DNA of 63,816 nucleotides, the filler included, from Octopus bimaculoides (taxonomy: Eukaryota): NCBI RefSeq assembly GCF_001194135.2. It is 9 parts of 7 records of this genome, joined end to end, with 100 filler letters (N's around TTAATTAATTAA, not from the genome) between each part and the next. Parts side by side here need not be neighbours in the genome. Positions count along the whole stretch, not along the records: positions 15,494 to 28,925 come from NC_068999.1; positions 29,026 to 33,795 come from NC_068986.1; positions 33,896 to 37,742 come from NC_068993.1; positions 37,843 to 45,730 come from NC_068982.1; 5 more parts are not named here. One strand, written 5' to 3'. How positions within the stretch are numbered: position 1 is the stretch's first letter; every line of letters begins with the position of its first letter. Shown piece after piece: positions 27,031 through 40,509 of this stretch. The position numbers and the translations under genes were made by a program. The notes under the pieces were generated by a model. It was given only the letters and a program-made list of their open reading frames with translations, was not told the DNA's origin and searched no databases.

Positions 27031-28299
27031 TGAATATATTTTTTGCAAAATCATGCCTGTACCCATAAATCCATGTGTAGGTCTTCATTCATCGACCCTG
27101 AAAAATAAAAAGCAAAGTTGGCTCGAGCGGAACTCGAACTTAAAGTGCAGAGTTTCTGAAAGAATACGAAAAACCATTTTCATACCAGGGTCTAACGATT
27201 CTGCATATTCGCTACCGTCTTTTAATAGGTTAATGCTGTTGACAAAAGGAAGATCCATCTCAATTTACCTTCTCCAATAAATATAAGAATTATTTTCCTT
27301 GTGAAAGTATAAAAAAAAGGACACAGAATAAGCATTCGATCCTCTTTATCTTAATACATCAATCCTGAAACATTAAATCATTTTCAAGCTCTTTCTTTAG
27401 CAAAATCAAGTTCGGAAACGGCTTTCTATTCTCGTTTGGAGCAATTTCCAATTTATTAACTTGGATAATGCTCATGGAACGTTATAAAATAAATAAAACC
27501 AAAATCAAACTCTGTCTCCATCATACAGTGTTATTATAATTTCTCAAGTATTAGGATTACATAAGAAATGAACATGAAAGGTGAACGCTACAGAATAAAT
27601 TCAAATTCTTGAAGACGAATTCGTGTGCGTGATTAAGTATTGATTTCTCGATTCTAAACATTGATCATCAATTTATATTGCTGATGCCTTTCACTAAACA
27701 AAAAGCAAAGAGAAAAAACATGAAATTTCAAAACATCAAAACGCCATTTTATTTTTTTATTATTCCATGCTAACAACATTCGGTTTTCGTATCTATCTAA
27801 CGTATGAGGAAGCATTAAAGTTGAGTTAGCGAAGAAGCTTTTAGATAGTTTTATAATTCCATCCCAAATGCAACAAACCAGGCAAATGTCTGGCAACATG
27901 GTAAGGCTTAAATATTTACGCCGCATGTATTGCTATTTTATAAATCTAGCCACTGTGTGCCCTAAAATTGACGAAATTGATAACATTGTAAGAAGCGATG
28001 TAAGGGATTATCAGGTCAGATCATTTTATGTTTATTCCTGGGATACTCGATTGAAACAGAAGTAAACGCATAGTTAAGATTTTATTAATGGAAGGCGTCT
28101 CGTCAGAAAACTGAAGACAATCATGCAGGTATTTTACTACAAAATATAAAGAGACAGAACTAAATTGACTCGGTGTATAAAATAGATTTCATTGTTTCAA
28201 TTGTAAAGATTATCAGAATTTTCCGACAGTTCTCAATTTTCTACCATTCAGTATTCTTATGTTAATACTAACATAGATACAGGCCCAGGTATTTTTTTG

Positions 28300-28395
28300 G
28301 GAAAACGGATGTCGATTATATCGACTTTAGTCATTTACTAGTTCTTCCTTTATTTTATCGAAGTTGGAATCATCAAAGGTGAAGTTTGATTTGCA
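28300..28395 (-). mobile_element. Degenerate SINE family B fragment
   Basis: gtcgattatatcgac...ttattttatcga...aaaggtgaagtt. Confidence 0.45.
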
Positions 28396-29026
28396 ATGTA
28401 TAAAGAAAGAAATGTCTTTAATGATATTTTGTTTAACGCGCAACCTTTTCAGAAAACTCACCACTCTTTAGCGTCCATTGAGAATAATCGTTTCCGTCTT
28501 AATCACATGACTTGACACTAACCGTAAGAGTGTCCAGTTAATTTAATAAATTCAGAGTTTTTAATCGCTCCTGCAAACACTAAAGCTTTAAACGAACACG
28601 ATAGTACTCGACCGCAAATACAAGAAAGTAATTTTTCCAGTAAACAACCGATATTGCTGCTGATACTTTGTGGTATATAGATATACATATGTATGTATAT
28701 GTATATATGCAAATATATGTATGTATGCATATGCATATCTATATATATATATATATAAACATGTATGTATGTGTATATATGTATGTGTATATATGTATGT
28801 ATATGTGTATATATGAATGTGTATATATGTATGTATATGTGTATGTGTGTATGTATGTGTATGTATGTATGTATGTATGTATGTGTGTGTGTATGTGTGT
28901 ATGTATGTGTGTATGTATGTGTGTANNNNNNNNNNNNNNNNNNNNNNNNNNNNNNNNNNNNNNNNNNNNTTAATTAATTAANNNNNNNNNNNNNNNNNNN
29001 NNNNNNNNNNNNNNNNNNNNNNNNNC

Positions 29027-30987
29027 AAACCTCTTCCTGCTAAGGTCGATGCTATTCAACGCATCGCCCCTCCAACTTCTTTGCGGCAACTTCGCCATTT
29101 TTTAGGCATGGTCAACTTCTACAGAAGATTTATAGACCGGTGTGCAGACAAGATACTTCCTTTAACAAGGTTACTACAAGGCCATTCTAAGAAGGATGCT
29201 CAACTAACTCTTTCTACTGAGGCGTTGTATGCTTTTGAGTTCGTGAAACAGTAATTATCCTCCGTTCCTGTTCTTGCACATCCGACTCCTGATGCTCCGC
29301 TCTCGTTATCAGTGGATGCTTCAAATCCTGCGGTTGGTGCTGTTTTGCAACACACCGTAGATAATCAAACGCAACCTTTGGCTTCCTTTTCCTGCCAATT
29401 GCAGCATGCCAAACGCAGATATAGTACTTTTGATCGTGAGTTATTAGCGATCTATCTGTCGGTTCGGCATTTTCAGCACCAGCTCGAGGGACGGGAGTTT
29501 GTGATTTATACTGATCACAAGTCCCTTACGTTCGCTCTGTCTTCTAAAACAGACAAACTCTCTCCTGGTGCTTTCCGTCACCTGGACTATATTTCACAGT
29601 TTACAGGTGACATTCGTCATGTGCCAGGGAAGGAGAACATCCCTGCTGATGCTCTCTCGAGACTCCCTGTCAGTTCTGTTTCCTCTCCTACAACAATTGA
29701 TTTACTTGCTATTTCGCAGGACCAACCTCTTTTGTCGAAGTTAGATTTAACTTCGCCAAAATTCAACAATTGTAAATTTGCCTATCTCCCGCTCCCTTTA
29801 TCAGAAGGCTCTATATTGTGTGACACGTCCACCGGTTCTCCTAGGCCTTTAGTGCCTGAGAACCATCAGCATTCTGTTTTTGATGCCCTTCATTCCTTGT
29901 CACATCCGGGCATCTCTGCAACAGTAAAACTTGTCACTGCTCGGTTTTTCTGGCCCAACATGCGGTGATCAATTACCACTTGGGCCCGTTTTCGCCATGT
30001 TCACCTTGATTTGGTTGGACCATGGCCTGTGAGTCGCGGGTTCTCATATCTCTTAACCTGTGTTGATCGTTTCTCCCGCTGGCCAGAAGCCATTCATATA
30101 GCAGATATTTCTTCTGAGACTGTTGTACGAGATTTCGTTTCTGGTTGGGTTTCTAGGTTCGGCGTACCGTCCAGCCTGACCACTGATCGTGGTCGACAAT
30201 TTGAAGCAGCATTATTTCGTGAGTTATCACAAATCCTCGGGGTGCATCATATACGCACCACCAGCTACCATCCCGATTCTAATGGGATGGTGGAGCGTTT
30301 TCATAGGCAACTAAAGGCCGCATTGCGCGCCTCGCCCAATCCGCAGACATGGAGTTTCTTCCTGTTGTCCTACTTGGATGCCGGACTGCGGTTAAAGCAG
30401 ACCTTGGTTTTTCTGCAGCGGAATTATTGTATGGTACCACACTGGCATTGCCTGGTACGATGTTGGTACCAGACATATCACAGCCTCCAAATCCAACGTC
30501 CTATGTCACTCGATTACGAGATTATTTTTCTAACCTTCCTACTATGAGTCCCCGGCAACAATCTTCACCTTCTAAAGGGCCATCAGACATTGATTCTTGG
30601 TCACATGTGTTTGTTAGGGATGATTCTGTCAGAAGACCTTTTGTTTCTCCTTATAAAGGACCCTTTCGTGTGCTCTCTTGCACACCCAATTTTTTAAAAA
30701 TAGACGCTAATGGTCGTATGGAGACCGTGTCTATCGACCGTCTGAAGAAAGCGTATTTTGATAAAACTACATCTTCCATTGACAATACTGACATACCCCC
30801 TTTTCAACCTTTGCATACACCTTTGTCAACACCATCACCAACGCATACACATTTATCATCACCAACACATACACCTGTGAAAACTCCACCTTCATCGTTG
30901 AAAACTACCACAAGTGAACCCTATGTCACTAGGTCTGGCCGTACAGTGCACTGGCCGAAGAAACTCTCCAAGACAATTTATATTTGA
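29027..30987 (+). pseudogene. pol: Gypsy pol remnant (RT thumb, RNase H, integrase with GPY/F motif)
   Basis: LRHFLGMVNFYRRFI; DASNPAVGAVL, YSTFDRELLA, TDHKSL; HVHLDLVGP, DRFSRWPEA, TTDRGRQF, YHPDSNGMVERFH; PYKGPFRVL; YVTRSGR. Stops at 29252 and 29966, frameshift near 30350, in-frame deletion near 29987. Confidence 0.95.
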
Positions 30988-31346
30988 CTGCATTGTATAT
31001 TGCATTTTTCAGCATTCCTTTTGTAAAACAAGGCTCAAAATATGTTTTATCCTATTAGTGATGAACACTCATGGAAATTTCTTGCGTCACTGCATCAATC
31101 ACAAGTAATAAAGGAACTGCAGTGGCGTAAGTAAAAAAAATTTTTTTTTTTTTGACAGCCAACAACACTTACCAAGCTGAACTTGACTTGTGCCGCTGGA
31201 ATATTATTTTCCATGTGCATTATATTACATTGTTGGATATTTCCATTCTCTGTATTAACAAATTGTTTCATTTTCATTGTATATCTACAGCTGCATCTTG
31301 TTTCAGGCGCCCACTACAAGCTCTTCCTTGTTCGTGCTACGCACTC

Positions 31347-31360
31347 GGGGCGGGGGGGAG
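31347..31360 (+). promoter_or_regulatory. Polypurine tract
   Basis: ggggcgggggggag 4 nt upstream of the LTR start TG. Confidence 0.8.
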
Positions 31361-31364
31361 TCAT

Positions 31365-31536
31365 TGTAGTGGCGCGAAATTATGGCCGCCATTAAGGAAG
31401 TACAATCTACGCATGCGCAAGGGACTTGCCTTCCCGGAAGCCCCTTGAGTGTGCATGCGTAATAAAACCAGTACTTAAAGCGCTTCGCGCGCTTTCTAAG
31501 CCTCTTTAGCGCGATGCTTTCGACGTGACAACTACT
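31365..31536 (+). repeat. Putative 3' LTR, ~172 bp
   Basis: Starts TGTAGT after the PPT; AATAAA at 31461; ends ACTACT (5 of 6 match to the expected ACTACA). The right end is inferred without the 5' LTR. Confidence 0.65.
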
Positions 31537-31770
31537 TGCTCCTTTGGCATGCCTCAACGAAGCTCCTAATATCCAGACGCTGATTACAAATTAACCAGCG
31601 GCTGCTAAGCTGAATGACACAGGATTTGTAAAACCAAGCATCACCAAAATAAAACTTATTTTTATTATGTTGTTAATTGTTCTACTTTTCTTAATATATA
31701 ATTTTGTTGAAAGGTGATAGAGAGACTAATGTCTCTATTGTTACTATCAACCTTACACGTATGTATATTC

Positions 31771-31816
<46 letters not shown>

Positions 31817-31850
31817 TGTTTGTTTTTATGTTGAGTTATAACACAAGCAA

Positions 31851-32129
31851 GGGGGCGCGTGCCTAATGACCAGAGTATTCAGCTAACGATCAAAATTCCT
31901 AGCGTTACATTGTATCCTTGAGCAAGGTACTTTATTTCTCGTTGCTACAGTTCACCCACCTGGAAAAAATGAGTTGCACCTGTTGTTCAAACTTGTCACA
32001 TAGTATGTTGCGCTGAATATCCACGGGAACTACGTCTGTGGAGTACTCAGCCACTTGCACGTTAATTTTACGAGCAGGTTGTTCCGTTGATCAGATCAAT
32101 TGGAACACTCATATTCGTAACCAACGGAG
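31851..32129 (+). mobile_element. tRNA-derived SINE combining the family C body with the family D tail
   Basis: ccttgagcaaggtactttattt..cgttgct shared with 58861; ctcagccacttgcacgttaattt...gttccgttgatc shared with the rc of 36360. Confidence 0.75.
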
Positions 32130-32386
32130 AGCTAGGCCACTGAAATAGTAAAAACAACTTTACATTAACCTGAAGAATTACGCCAAAATTTTTTTTGTAG
32201 AGTACAGATTTATTTAGTAGAGTACAAGTTTTGATCTGCTAGCCAGACTTGTACTGGAGTTACAAAAGTCACGTAATTATTAGCAATAAACTCCTAGGAA
32301 ATGAAAAGAGCCAGAACAAATACTGCAAGGTATTTTGTTTGATGCTTTAACGATCCAGCCAATACTTCACCAGGCACAGCTCATTA

Positions 32387-32387
<1 letters not shown>

Positions 32388-32443
<56 letters not shown>

Positions 32444-32500
32444 GTCTATCTGTCGGTCTGTCTGTCCGTCCGTCCGACCGTCCGTCTGTCTGTGTGCGTG
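32388..32500. repeat. Compound (TCTA)n-(TCTG)-(TCCG) microsatellite
   Basis: Direct reading. Confidence 0.9.
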
Positions 32501-32514
32501 CGCTCGTGTATGTG

Positions 32515-32725
32515 TGTGTTTGTGTCTGCATTTGTGTCCCACCACCTTTTGACAACTGGTGTTGATATGTTTACATCAATATTGCTTAACAGTTTGGCAT
32601 AAGTGATCAATAGAATAAGTACTAGACTTTAAAAGATTAAGTCCTGGCGTCGATTCAGTTGACTAAAAATCCTTCAGGCGGTGCCCCAGTATGGCCACAG
32701 TCTAATGACTGAAACAAGTAGAAGA
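32515..32725 (+). mobile_element. SINE family A, 3' half
   Basis: tagaataagtactagac...aagtcctgg.gtcgatt...ggcggtgccccagtatggcc.cagtc.aatgactgaaacaagta. Confidence 0.8.
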
Positions 32726-33029
32726 ACGATAAAACTTTAATAATCTGAAGGTAAAAATGGTGCCAATATTTAAATCTATATCAGACGTTACACGATCGCA
32801 TCCAATCCCTAAACCACTCCTTACTCTCCCTTTAAATGTAACCATTCAGGGCATTTGCTTAACTTTCCCTTCTTCATGTTGGGACCCTGTAATTTCTGTG
32901 GTGAAATTAAGTTAACTGTTATCATGTCCTTTACATTTATGTTTGTTTATCGAAGGGCCTCAATAGATCTATTTACAATATATCCACAGGTAAAGGCACG
33001 ATTGCATGATTGTTTAGAAATCAGGCAAT

Positions 33030-33135
33030 TTCAGATTCAATCCCACAATGCAGCGCCTTGAGCAAGTGTGTGCTACAGCCAACCAATACTTTATGAGTGA
33101 ATTTGTAGGTGGAATCTGATGGGAGTCCATCATAT
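33030..33135 (+). mobile_element. SINE family A, 5' fragment (degenerate)
   Basis: gattcaatcccac...ccttgagcaagtgt...gagtgaattt.gtag. Confidence 0.55.
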
Positions 33136-33895
33136 ACATACATACATATGTACATTCATACATACATACATACATACATACACACATACATACTCACACA
33201 CATGCGCACGCGTGTATTTATGTATACGTATACTTATATATGTGTGTGGGTGTGTCTTCTTTACAAGATAGCACTCAAAACCAGTCTCTGTTTATGTCTC
33301 TGTAACTTAACAGTTCAGAAATATAAAGACTGATAGAAGAAGAAGCAGACTTTAAAAATGATTACTGGGGTTAGTTTGAGGTGCTTCAGCATGTCCGTTG
33401 ATTGGAAAGAGTAAAAATATCATGCATTTGACATACACACACGTGTATATATGCAGATGCACAGATGAATTTAAACAATTCATATTATGTCATGTAAGCA
33501 AGAGTACTCATCAATCCACCAAGTAATCGATGTCATGACTTGATAGAAACTAAATAGAGCAACTGCGCCTGAAATCTACCAAGGGACATCTAGATGATTC
33601 GGCGAGTATTTATTTCATTGGCAGCTGTTGAATTAAAGACATTCAGTAATCAACACATCAAGCACATTAACCCTCAGATCACAAATTTGTGATTCTGCCA
33701 ATTCACTTTTGGTTTGATCCACAGTGAAAGACGATGAATTTCAATTCACTACCCTTCTCATTGTCATCGTCAGCATTATCGTTCATAGCAGTTCTNNNNN
33801 NNNNNNNNNNNNNNNNNNNNNNNNNNNNNNNNNNNNNNNTTAATTAATTAANNNNNNNNNNNNNNNNNNNNNNNNNNNNNNNNNNNNNNNNNNNN

Positions 33896-33937
<42 letters not shown>

Positions 33938-35214
33938 GGTATATATATTTATATATATATGTACATATGCATACGTTCATAGATGACTGTGTGGTGTACG
34001 TTTAGTTGTAACATATAACACGAATAACGAATATGTTTATTATTACTTTTATGGCTAATATGTGTGTGCGTGTGTGTGAGTGCGTGTGTATGCGTGTGTG
34101 TGCGTGTGTACTTACATGGCACGATTACTTACTTCTAAGATTGAGAGAACTCTTATTCATAAAGTAACAATTTTCTTACTCTCACTTATAGACATGCGTC
34201 TGTATACATATGTGTGAATACATATTGTATATATATATATATATATATATANNNNNNNNNNNNNNNNNNNNNNNNNNNNNNNNNNNNNNNNNNNNNNNNN
34301 NNNNNNNNNNNNNNNNNNNNNNNNNNNNNNNNNNNNNNNNNNNNNNNNNNNNNNNNNNNNNNNNNNNNNNNNNNNNNNNNNNNNNNNNNNNNNNNNNNNN
34401 NNNNNNNNNNNNNNNNNNNNNNNNNNNNNNNNNNNNNNNNNNNNNNNNNNNNNNNNNNNNNNNNNNNNNNNNNNNNNNNNNNNNNNNNNNNNNNNNNNNN
34501 NNNNNNNNNNNNNNNNNNNNNNNNNNNNNNNNNNNNNNNNNNNNNNNNNNNNNNNNNNNNNNNNNNNNNNNNNNNNNNNNNNNNNNNNNNNNNNNNNNNN
34601 NNNNNNNNNNNNNNNNNNNNNNNNNNNNNNNNNNNNNNNNNNNNNNNNNNNNNNNNNNNNNNNNNNNNNNNNNNNNNNNNNNNNNNNNNNNNNNNNNNNN
34701 NNNNNNNNNNNNNNNNNNNNNNNNNNNNNNNNNNNNNNNNNNNNNNNNNNNNNNNNNNNNNNNNNNNNNNNNNNNNNNNNNNNNNNNNNNNNNNNNNNNN
34801 NNNNNNNNNNNNNNNNNNNNNNNNNNNNNNNNNNNNNNNNNNNNNNNNNNNNNNNNNNNNNNNNNNNNNNNNNNNNNNNNNNNNNNNNNNNNNNNNNNNN
34901 NNNNNNNNNNNNNNNNNNNNNNNNNNNNNNNNNNNNNNNNNNNNNNNNNNNNNNNNNNNNNNNNNNNNNNNNNNNNNNNNNNNNNNNNNNNNNNNNNNNN
35001 NNNNNNNNNNNNNNNNNNNNNNNNNNNNNNNNNNNNNNNNNNNNNNNNNNNNNNNNNNNNNNNNNNNNNNNNNNNNNNNNNNNNNNNNNNNNNNNNNNNN
35101 NNNNNNNNNNNNNNNNNNNNNNNGTCGCAGACGTTAAATATTGATCGTAGTGAACTGGAATTTAACTAACAGCTAATTCAGTATCTGCGCGGATAATGTA
35201 TCCCTCCAAACCCA

Positions 35215-35250
<36 letters not shown>

Positions 35251-35252
35251 CC

Positions 35253-35386
35253 CGACGTACTTCTTTAGGCTCTAGTCTACCAAATCTAGTCTACCAAGGC
35301 TTTGGTTGGCCCAAAGTTATAGTAGAAACACTTGCCCAAGTTGCCACGCAGTGGCACTGAACGCGCAGTTATGTGGTTGGGAAGTA
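35253..35386 (-). mobile_element. SINE family A, 5' half
   Basis: ctaccaaatc...aaggctttggt.ggccc...acacttgcccaag.tgccacgcagtgg.actgaac. Confidence 0.75.
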
Positions 35387-36006
35387 ATAAATATACACGG
35401 ACATCACACCACATATTAGGAATACTAAATAAATTGTAAGTATTTTAAAGTACCATTTTAAAGCTCTCCTCTCTCTAACTTTCAGTAATGAAAATACGTT
35501 TGGATATTATTTTTGTACACGGAAGAAATGAATCAGACTTCACCGAATTCTTTCTGAGATCGTCGAATTCTTAGAAGAGGAGGAGGCCTACATTTCATTC
35601 ATATGTTCATGAAGAGAGTTAATAACAAATAGCTATTTAAATCAAATACAATCTAGAATTTAGTTGTAATGGCTTGATTGCTTTGCACATCATGTATTTT
35701 ACAGCACTGTGATTAAATAATTAATGAACATTTATGCGCAACACAGTGTGCATTGGCAAACCTAACATAAATCTAGGGAGATCTCTTTATTTTTTTATCT
35801 TTTACACATTTCAGTCATTAGACTCCGGCCCTGCGGAGGTATGCATTGAAGCATTATAGGGGAAGGAATCGAAAAAACCAACATTTATTACGGGGACCTC
35901 AACACAACAAAATGGATTGTGAATCGGTTATCGAGCATAAACGCGCGAGCACACACTCACGCACGCATATACACTCACACACACATACACACAAGCACAC
36001 ACATGC

Positions 36007-36057
<51 letters not shown>

Positions 36058-36069
36058 CACGCGTGCACA

Positions 36070-36190
36070 AAACAGGTTTCTTTCAGATCCTGTTTTCCAA
36101 CTTCATTCAAAAGGCATTGGACAGCCCGGTGCTATAGTGAAAGATAGTTGTTCCAGTTGCCAAGCAGTGAGACTGACCCAGAACATTGTG
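36070..36190 (-). mobile_element. Degenerate SINE family A 5' half (3' fragment at ~35810-35850)
   Basis: ggtttctttcag...cagcccggtgctatagtgaaaga...gccaagcagtgagactga. Confidence 0.5.
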
Positions 36191-36359
36191 AAACTTCTTA
36201 CCTATACAGACGCACATGCATATATACATATGCCTATCCACAGAGATACACACATACATACATGACTATGTGTGAGGTGTGTCAGGTGGGGTGATATGTA
36301 GAATGGCGTTAAGGGATGGGTACAGAAAAAGGTATAGGACGGGTGTTTTCTAAAGTGAG

Positions 36360-36744
36360 TTGTTGTTGGCACTCCGTCGCTTACGACGTCGAGGGTTCCA
36401 GTTGATCCGGTCAACGGAACAGCCTGCTCATGAAATTAACGTGCAAGTGGCTGAGCACTCCACAGACACGTGTACCCTTAACGTAGTTCTCGGGGATATT
36501 CAGCGTAACACAGTGTGACAAGGCTGGCCCTTTGAATTACAGGCACAACAGAAACAGGAAGTAAGAGTGAGAGAAAGTTGTGGTGAAAGAGTACAGCAGA
36601 GTTCGCCACCATCCCCTGCCGGAGCCTCGTGGAGCTTTTAGGTGTTTTCGCTCAATAAACACTCACAACGCCCGGTCTGAGAATCGAAACCGCAATCCTA
36701 TGACCGCGAGTCCGCTGCCCTAACCACTAGGCCATTGCGCCTCC
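36360..36744 (-). mobile_element. Full-length tRNA-derived SINE family D
   Basis: Minus strand starts GGAGGCGCAATGGCCTAGTGGTTAGG (A box), GGTTTCGATTCTC (B box), ends ggagtgcc(aac)n; second copy at 59468-59776. Confidence 0.9.
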
Positions 36745-37446
36745 CTAAAGTGAGTAGTAAACCACAGGACGGAAGGAAAGAATACTAACAATGGTCAAGT
36801 TTCTATAAATAGACTTATGTGTTTATTCTACGGGCTAATGTCATAGTATGGGTAGCGGAATCAGAAAGAAAGAAGTATATATTGATATACGCATGCACTC
36901 AGGTACATATATGCGTGCATGTTTGCATTATTATACAGACCTGCGTACCTGTGTATTTAAAGCCGTGCGCATCCATGCATATACATACACATAAACACAT
37001 ACATACATTACACACATGCGCATGCATTCACACATGTGCACACATAAGCATACATGTACATATATATATATATATATATGCATGCACACGTACACACACA
37101 TAACCGCACATGCGCGCATACGTCTGCATACGTACGCGTATGCGCGCCCATATGTGTAGTATAAAACTATTAAAATAAGATTGGTGAGCTAAAACGTTAA
37201 TGGAAGTCAAATAGGGTTTTTTGGAGATTACCTAAGTGGTGTTCGGGTTAGGTGCTGTGTGGTTATTTACATTTGCACACCACTTTCCTTGGATAATGGA
37301 ACTGCATCTATAACATCTCTATATATTTTTATTTTTATCTCTACACTCATTCTTCTATTTCTCTATATACGCCGCATTTGCTTCCTTTTCCAAAATAACT
37401 CCTATATTGATCTCTAATAATTCCCTCTATTTAACCATCTCACGTC

Positions 37447-37494
37447 GTCTCTGATGAAGCGATATTCTTAATATCCCAGAAACAGCTGTAAGAC
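37447..37494 (+). ncRNA. Minimal type I hammerhead ribozyme
   Basis: GTCT-CTGATGA-A-GCGATATT ctt AATATCCC-A-GAA-ACAGCTGT-A-AGAC; predicted cleavage after 37490. Confidence 0.85.
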
Positions 37495-37842
37495 TTAATT
37501 TTCTCCTTATAAATGTCCCGGAAACTCCACACAGCTTTGGCTTTGTTGTCTCATTTTATTTAACATATACATGCTCATACAAGACCCGCATTAGACTCTA
37601 CACCCGTATCATTATTGAACCGAGAGTTTAACTACGGTCCTTCCATTGTATACCAATACCTCTCATATATATAAATATGAAAATAAATAAATAAATATAT
37701 ATATGTGTGGGGGGGGTGCGTGTGTGTGTGTGTGTGTGTGTGNNNNNNNNNNNNNNNNNNNNNNNNNNNNNNNNNNNNNNNNNNNNTTAATTAATTAANN
37801 NNNNNNNNNNNNNNNNNNNNNNNNNNNNNNNNNNNNNNNNNN

Positions 37843-37910
<68 letters not shown>

Positions 37911-40400
37911 CCAGTCAATTGTTTATATGTAGTACTCACTAAACAATCGAAAATCTAAAACAAGTAAATTGATGTAACAATGATAACTTCTAGGAGAAAA
38001 CGTATATATTTTTATAATCTCAACATTTAGCGAAAAATTTTTTGTGATATAACATTTTGTATGAAAAATATAGCAGAACATTGTTAATTTCTTACGACAC
38101 ATAAAAGGTCAATTCTTGTCGGCAAAGTGTTCTAGTAACTTTGTTCCATAATAATATTAGTACAATTCATTCTGATTGTCATATTTAAATTATGCTTCTG
38201 GGGATCCGTCTTTTATTCATTACTCTGTGATAACGTGTGTCTTTCTCTCTCAAGTTGAAAAGTCGGTAAAATTTTGAAGACTACATTTGTAGCTTATATT
38301 TACAGGAATAATATTATATTTCTGCAGCAATATTCAGGTATAGCGGTGTAGTAAACTGCTTTCGCCCAAATTAATTGAATAACGATTTTATCATATTTCT
38401 ATCTAATTTACTTAATTTCAAAATCCAGAGTTGCATTTTTTTTGAAAATACGACATTAAACAAGGTCTGCCGATTGGTTGTTTTACCTCTTATTGTTATC
38501 GGTAAGATCAGCCTCAATATATTGTTTATTCATCATAAGATTAACTACAACACACGAATTTCATTTAAAATTAATTTAATTTTAATACTTGGTTTAAAAA
38601 CGAACTGAAAGAACTAAATCAATATCACTATGATAGATGTTTAAAATATATTTTTGAAAATAGAAAAGTTATACTTATTAAATACAAGATTGCTGTAACT
38701 AAATTATCTATTGTCATCACGAATATCTTAGATTTAAGATTTAATCATATATATACAGAAATATTTAAAGCATTTATAGAAATAATTAGTGTTCAAATGA
38801 TAGCTCCATATATCTGATGGATTCACTCTTTATATAGAGCTTTTGCATTGGTTTTTATTTCAGCATTGCAAAAAAAATACGAAAAACAAATTATTTAGGG
38901 AAAAATTAAAAGGAGGTTCAAATTGATAGTTAATTATTACACTGATTTTAAATTTAAATATAGACATTTCTTATAGATTATTTTAACTAAAGGACCTGTT
39001 TTGACTATGTCGATATTTCAGTGTGTTTGTATGATTTGCAACGTAATTGAAGTTTGAATTTAATTTGGAAAATGGGTAACATAAAATCGTTTTAATTTAA
39101 GGTAATGTTTGGTAGGTTAGCAACTGAATTATTGTTATTAGTTTTTAATCAATACTTTTGGGAAGGAAGGCGATTGTTTTCCTCAATAAGTCTTATAGTT
39201 AGAATTAAAGCTTGTCTAAATTGTAGACCACCATCTTTATATAGACCTCCTTCCACTCAAGAAAAACTGCTTGAAATTGATATTTTGTAACCAACCAGAA
39301 ATTGCTGCTCTCTGTAGAATCGATACTAACGATACTAACATTGTTATTGAACGTTTAGTGGGAGCAGACAATTGCAGGACACAGTTTGAATATCCCATAT
39401 TAAATTCGCAAAAGACAATCAATATACGCCAAAAAAATATGAAGAAGTAGATAGATAAACGCGCTGAAAAGCAACACAAGACAGCTGGGAAATAAAATGT
39501 GAGACAAAACCGGCGGCTTGAGTTGACTCTTCAATTTATATGAAGTCTCTTCAAATATCGCTGCTGTGTGACCCATACTTCTTCTTACTTCAGCCATATA
39601 ACATCTGGCATTATGTTTCTAGCTACTTACAACAAATTTGAAAAATCATTCAAAAGAGAATGGTATGACATATGTATTATTTTGCACTAATATAAAACAT
39701 ATTTATTCTGATTTTGAACTTAGACAAAATTATAATAGCATGTGTGGCTATTGTACAGTGAATAAACCTAAATATTAGGAATGATTTCATGGAGATACTT
39801 CTAAGAGGATACTTCTAATTTTCTGGAGTTAAGTATTAGAAATACAGTCCTGCACAACACTACACACTATCCTAAAATTACTGTGAACGTGTGCTAAAAT
39901 AAGCAGGAAACGCATGCTGTTTCACAAATTAACACAGAGAAAACTTTCTCGTCTTAAATTCTTCAAATTTACACGAATTTTTCTAATAAACATGATGAGC
40001 AAAGAACAGAAAAGTCAATGACATTTATTTAGTCAACAACAAAGTGAGTCACGTGTGAACTTTGAAAAAATACCGTGCATATTTTCCCTTTTCAATTTCT
40101 AAACTGAATTTTCAGATACATGTTAATATGCGCCCTACTTTAGCAATTCAAATTTTACAGTACAAATAAATAGCATCAAAATTTTCGGTAATTGTGCTTA
40201 TCCTACATTTAAGGCATTCAGGTTATGCACAACTTAATTTATTACACAAATGATATTGGGAAAGGCAGGTATCTCTATAAATCACAAGCAGTTCTCCGAG
40301 AGATCAAAGCTTCTGTGCGATTTTGAAAACACATTTTTCAAAAACAAATTGTTTAATCTTATTTTTGAAAGCAGTTTTCCTTTATTCTGATCAATGCATC

Positions 40401-40436
<36 letters not shown>

Positions 40437-40438
40437 CA

Positions 40439-40509
<71 letters not shown>

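Larger units (their letters stand above)
29026..31536 (+). mobile_element. 3' half of a Ty3/Gypsy LTR retrotransposon (5' part lost in gap)
   Basis: Domain order RT end - RNase H - integrase, then 3' UTR, PPT and LTR. Confidence 0.95.
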
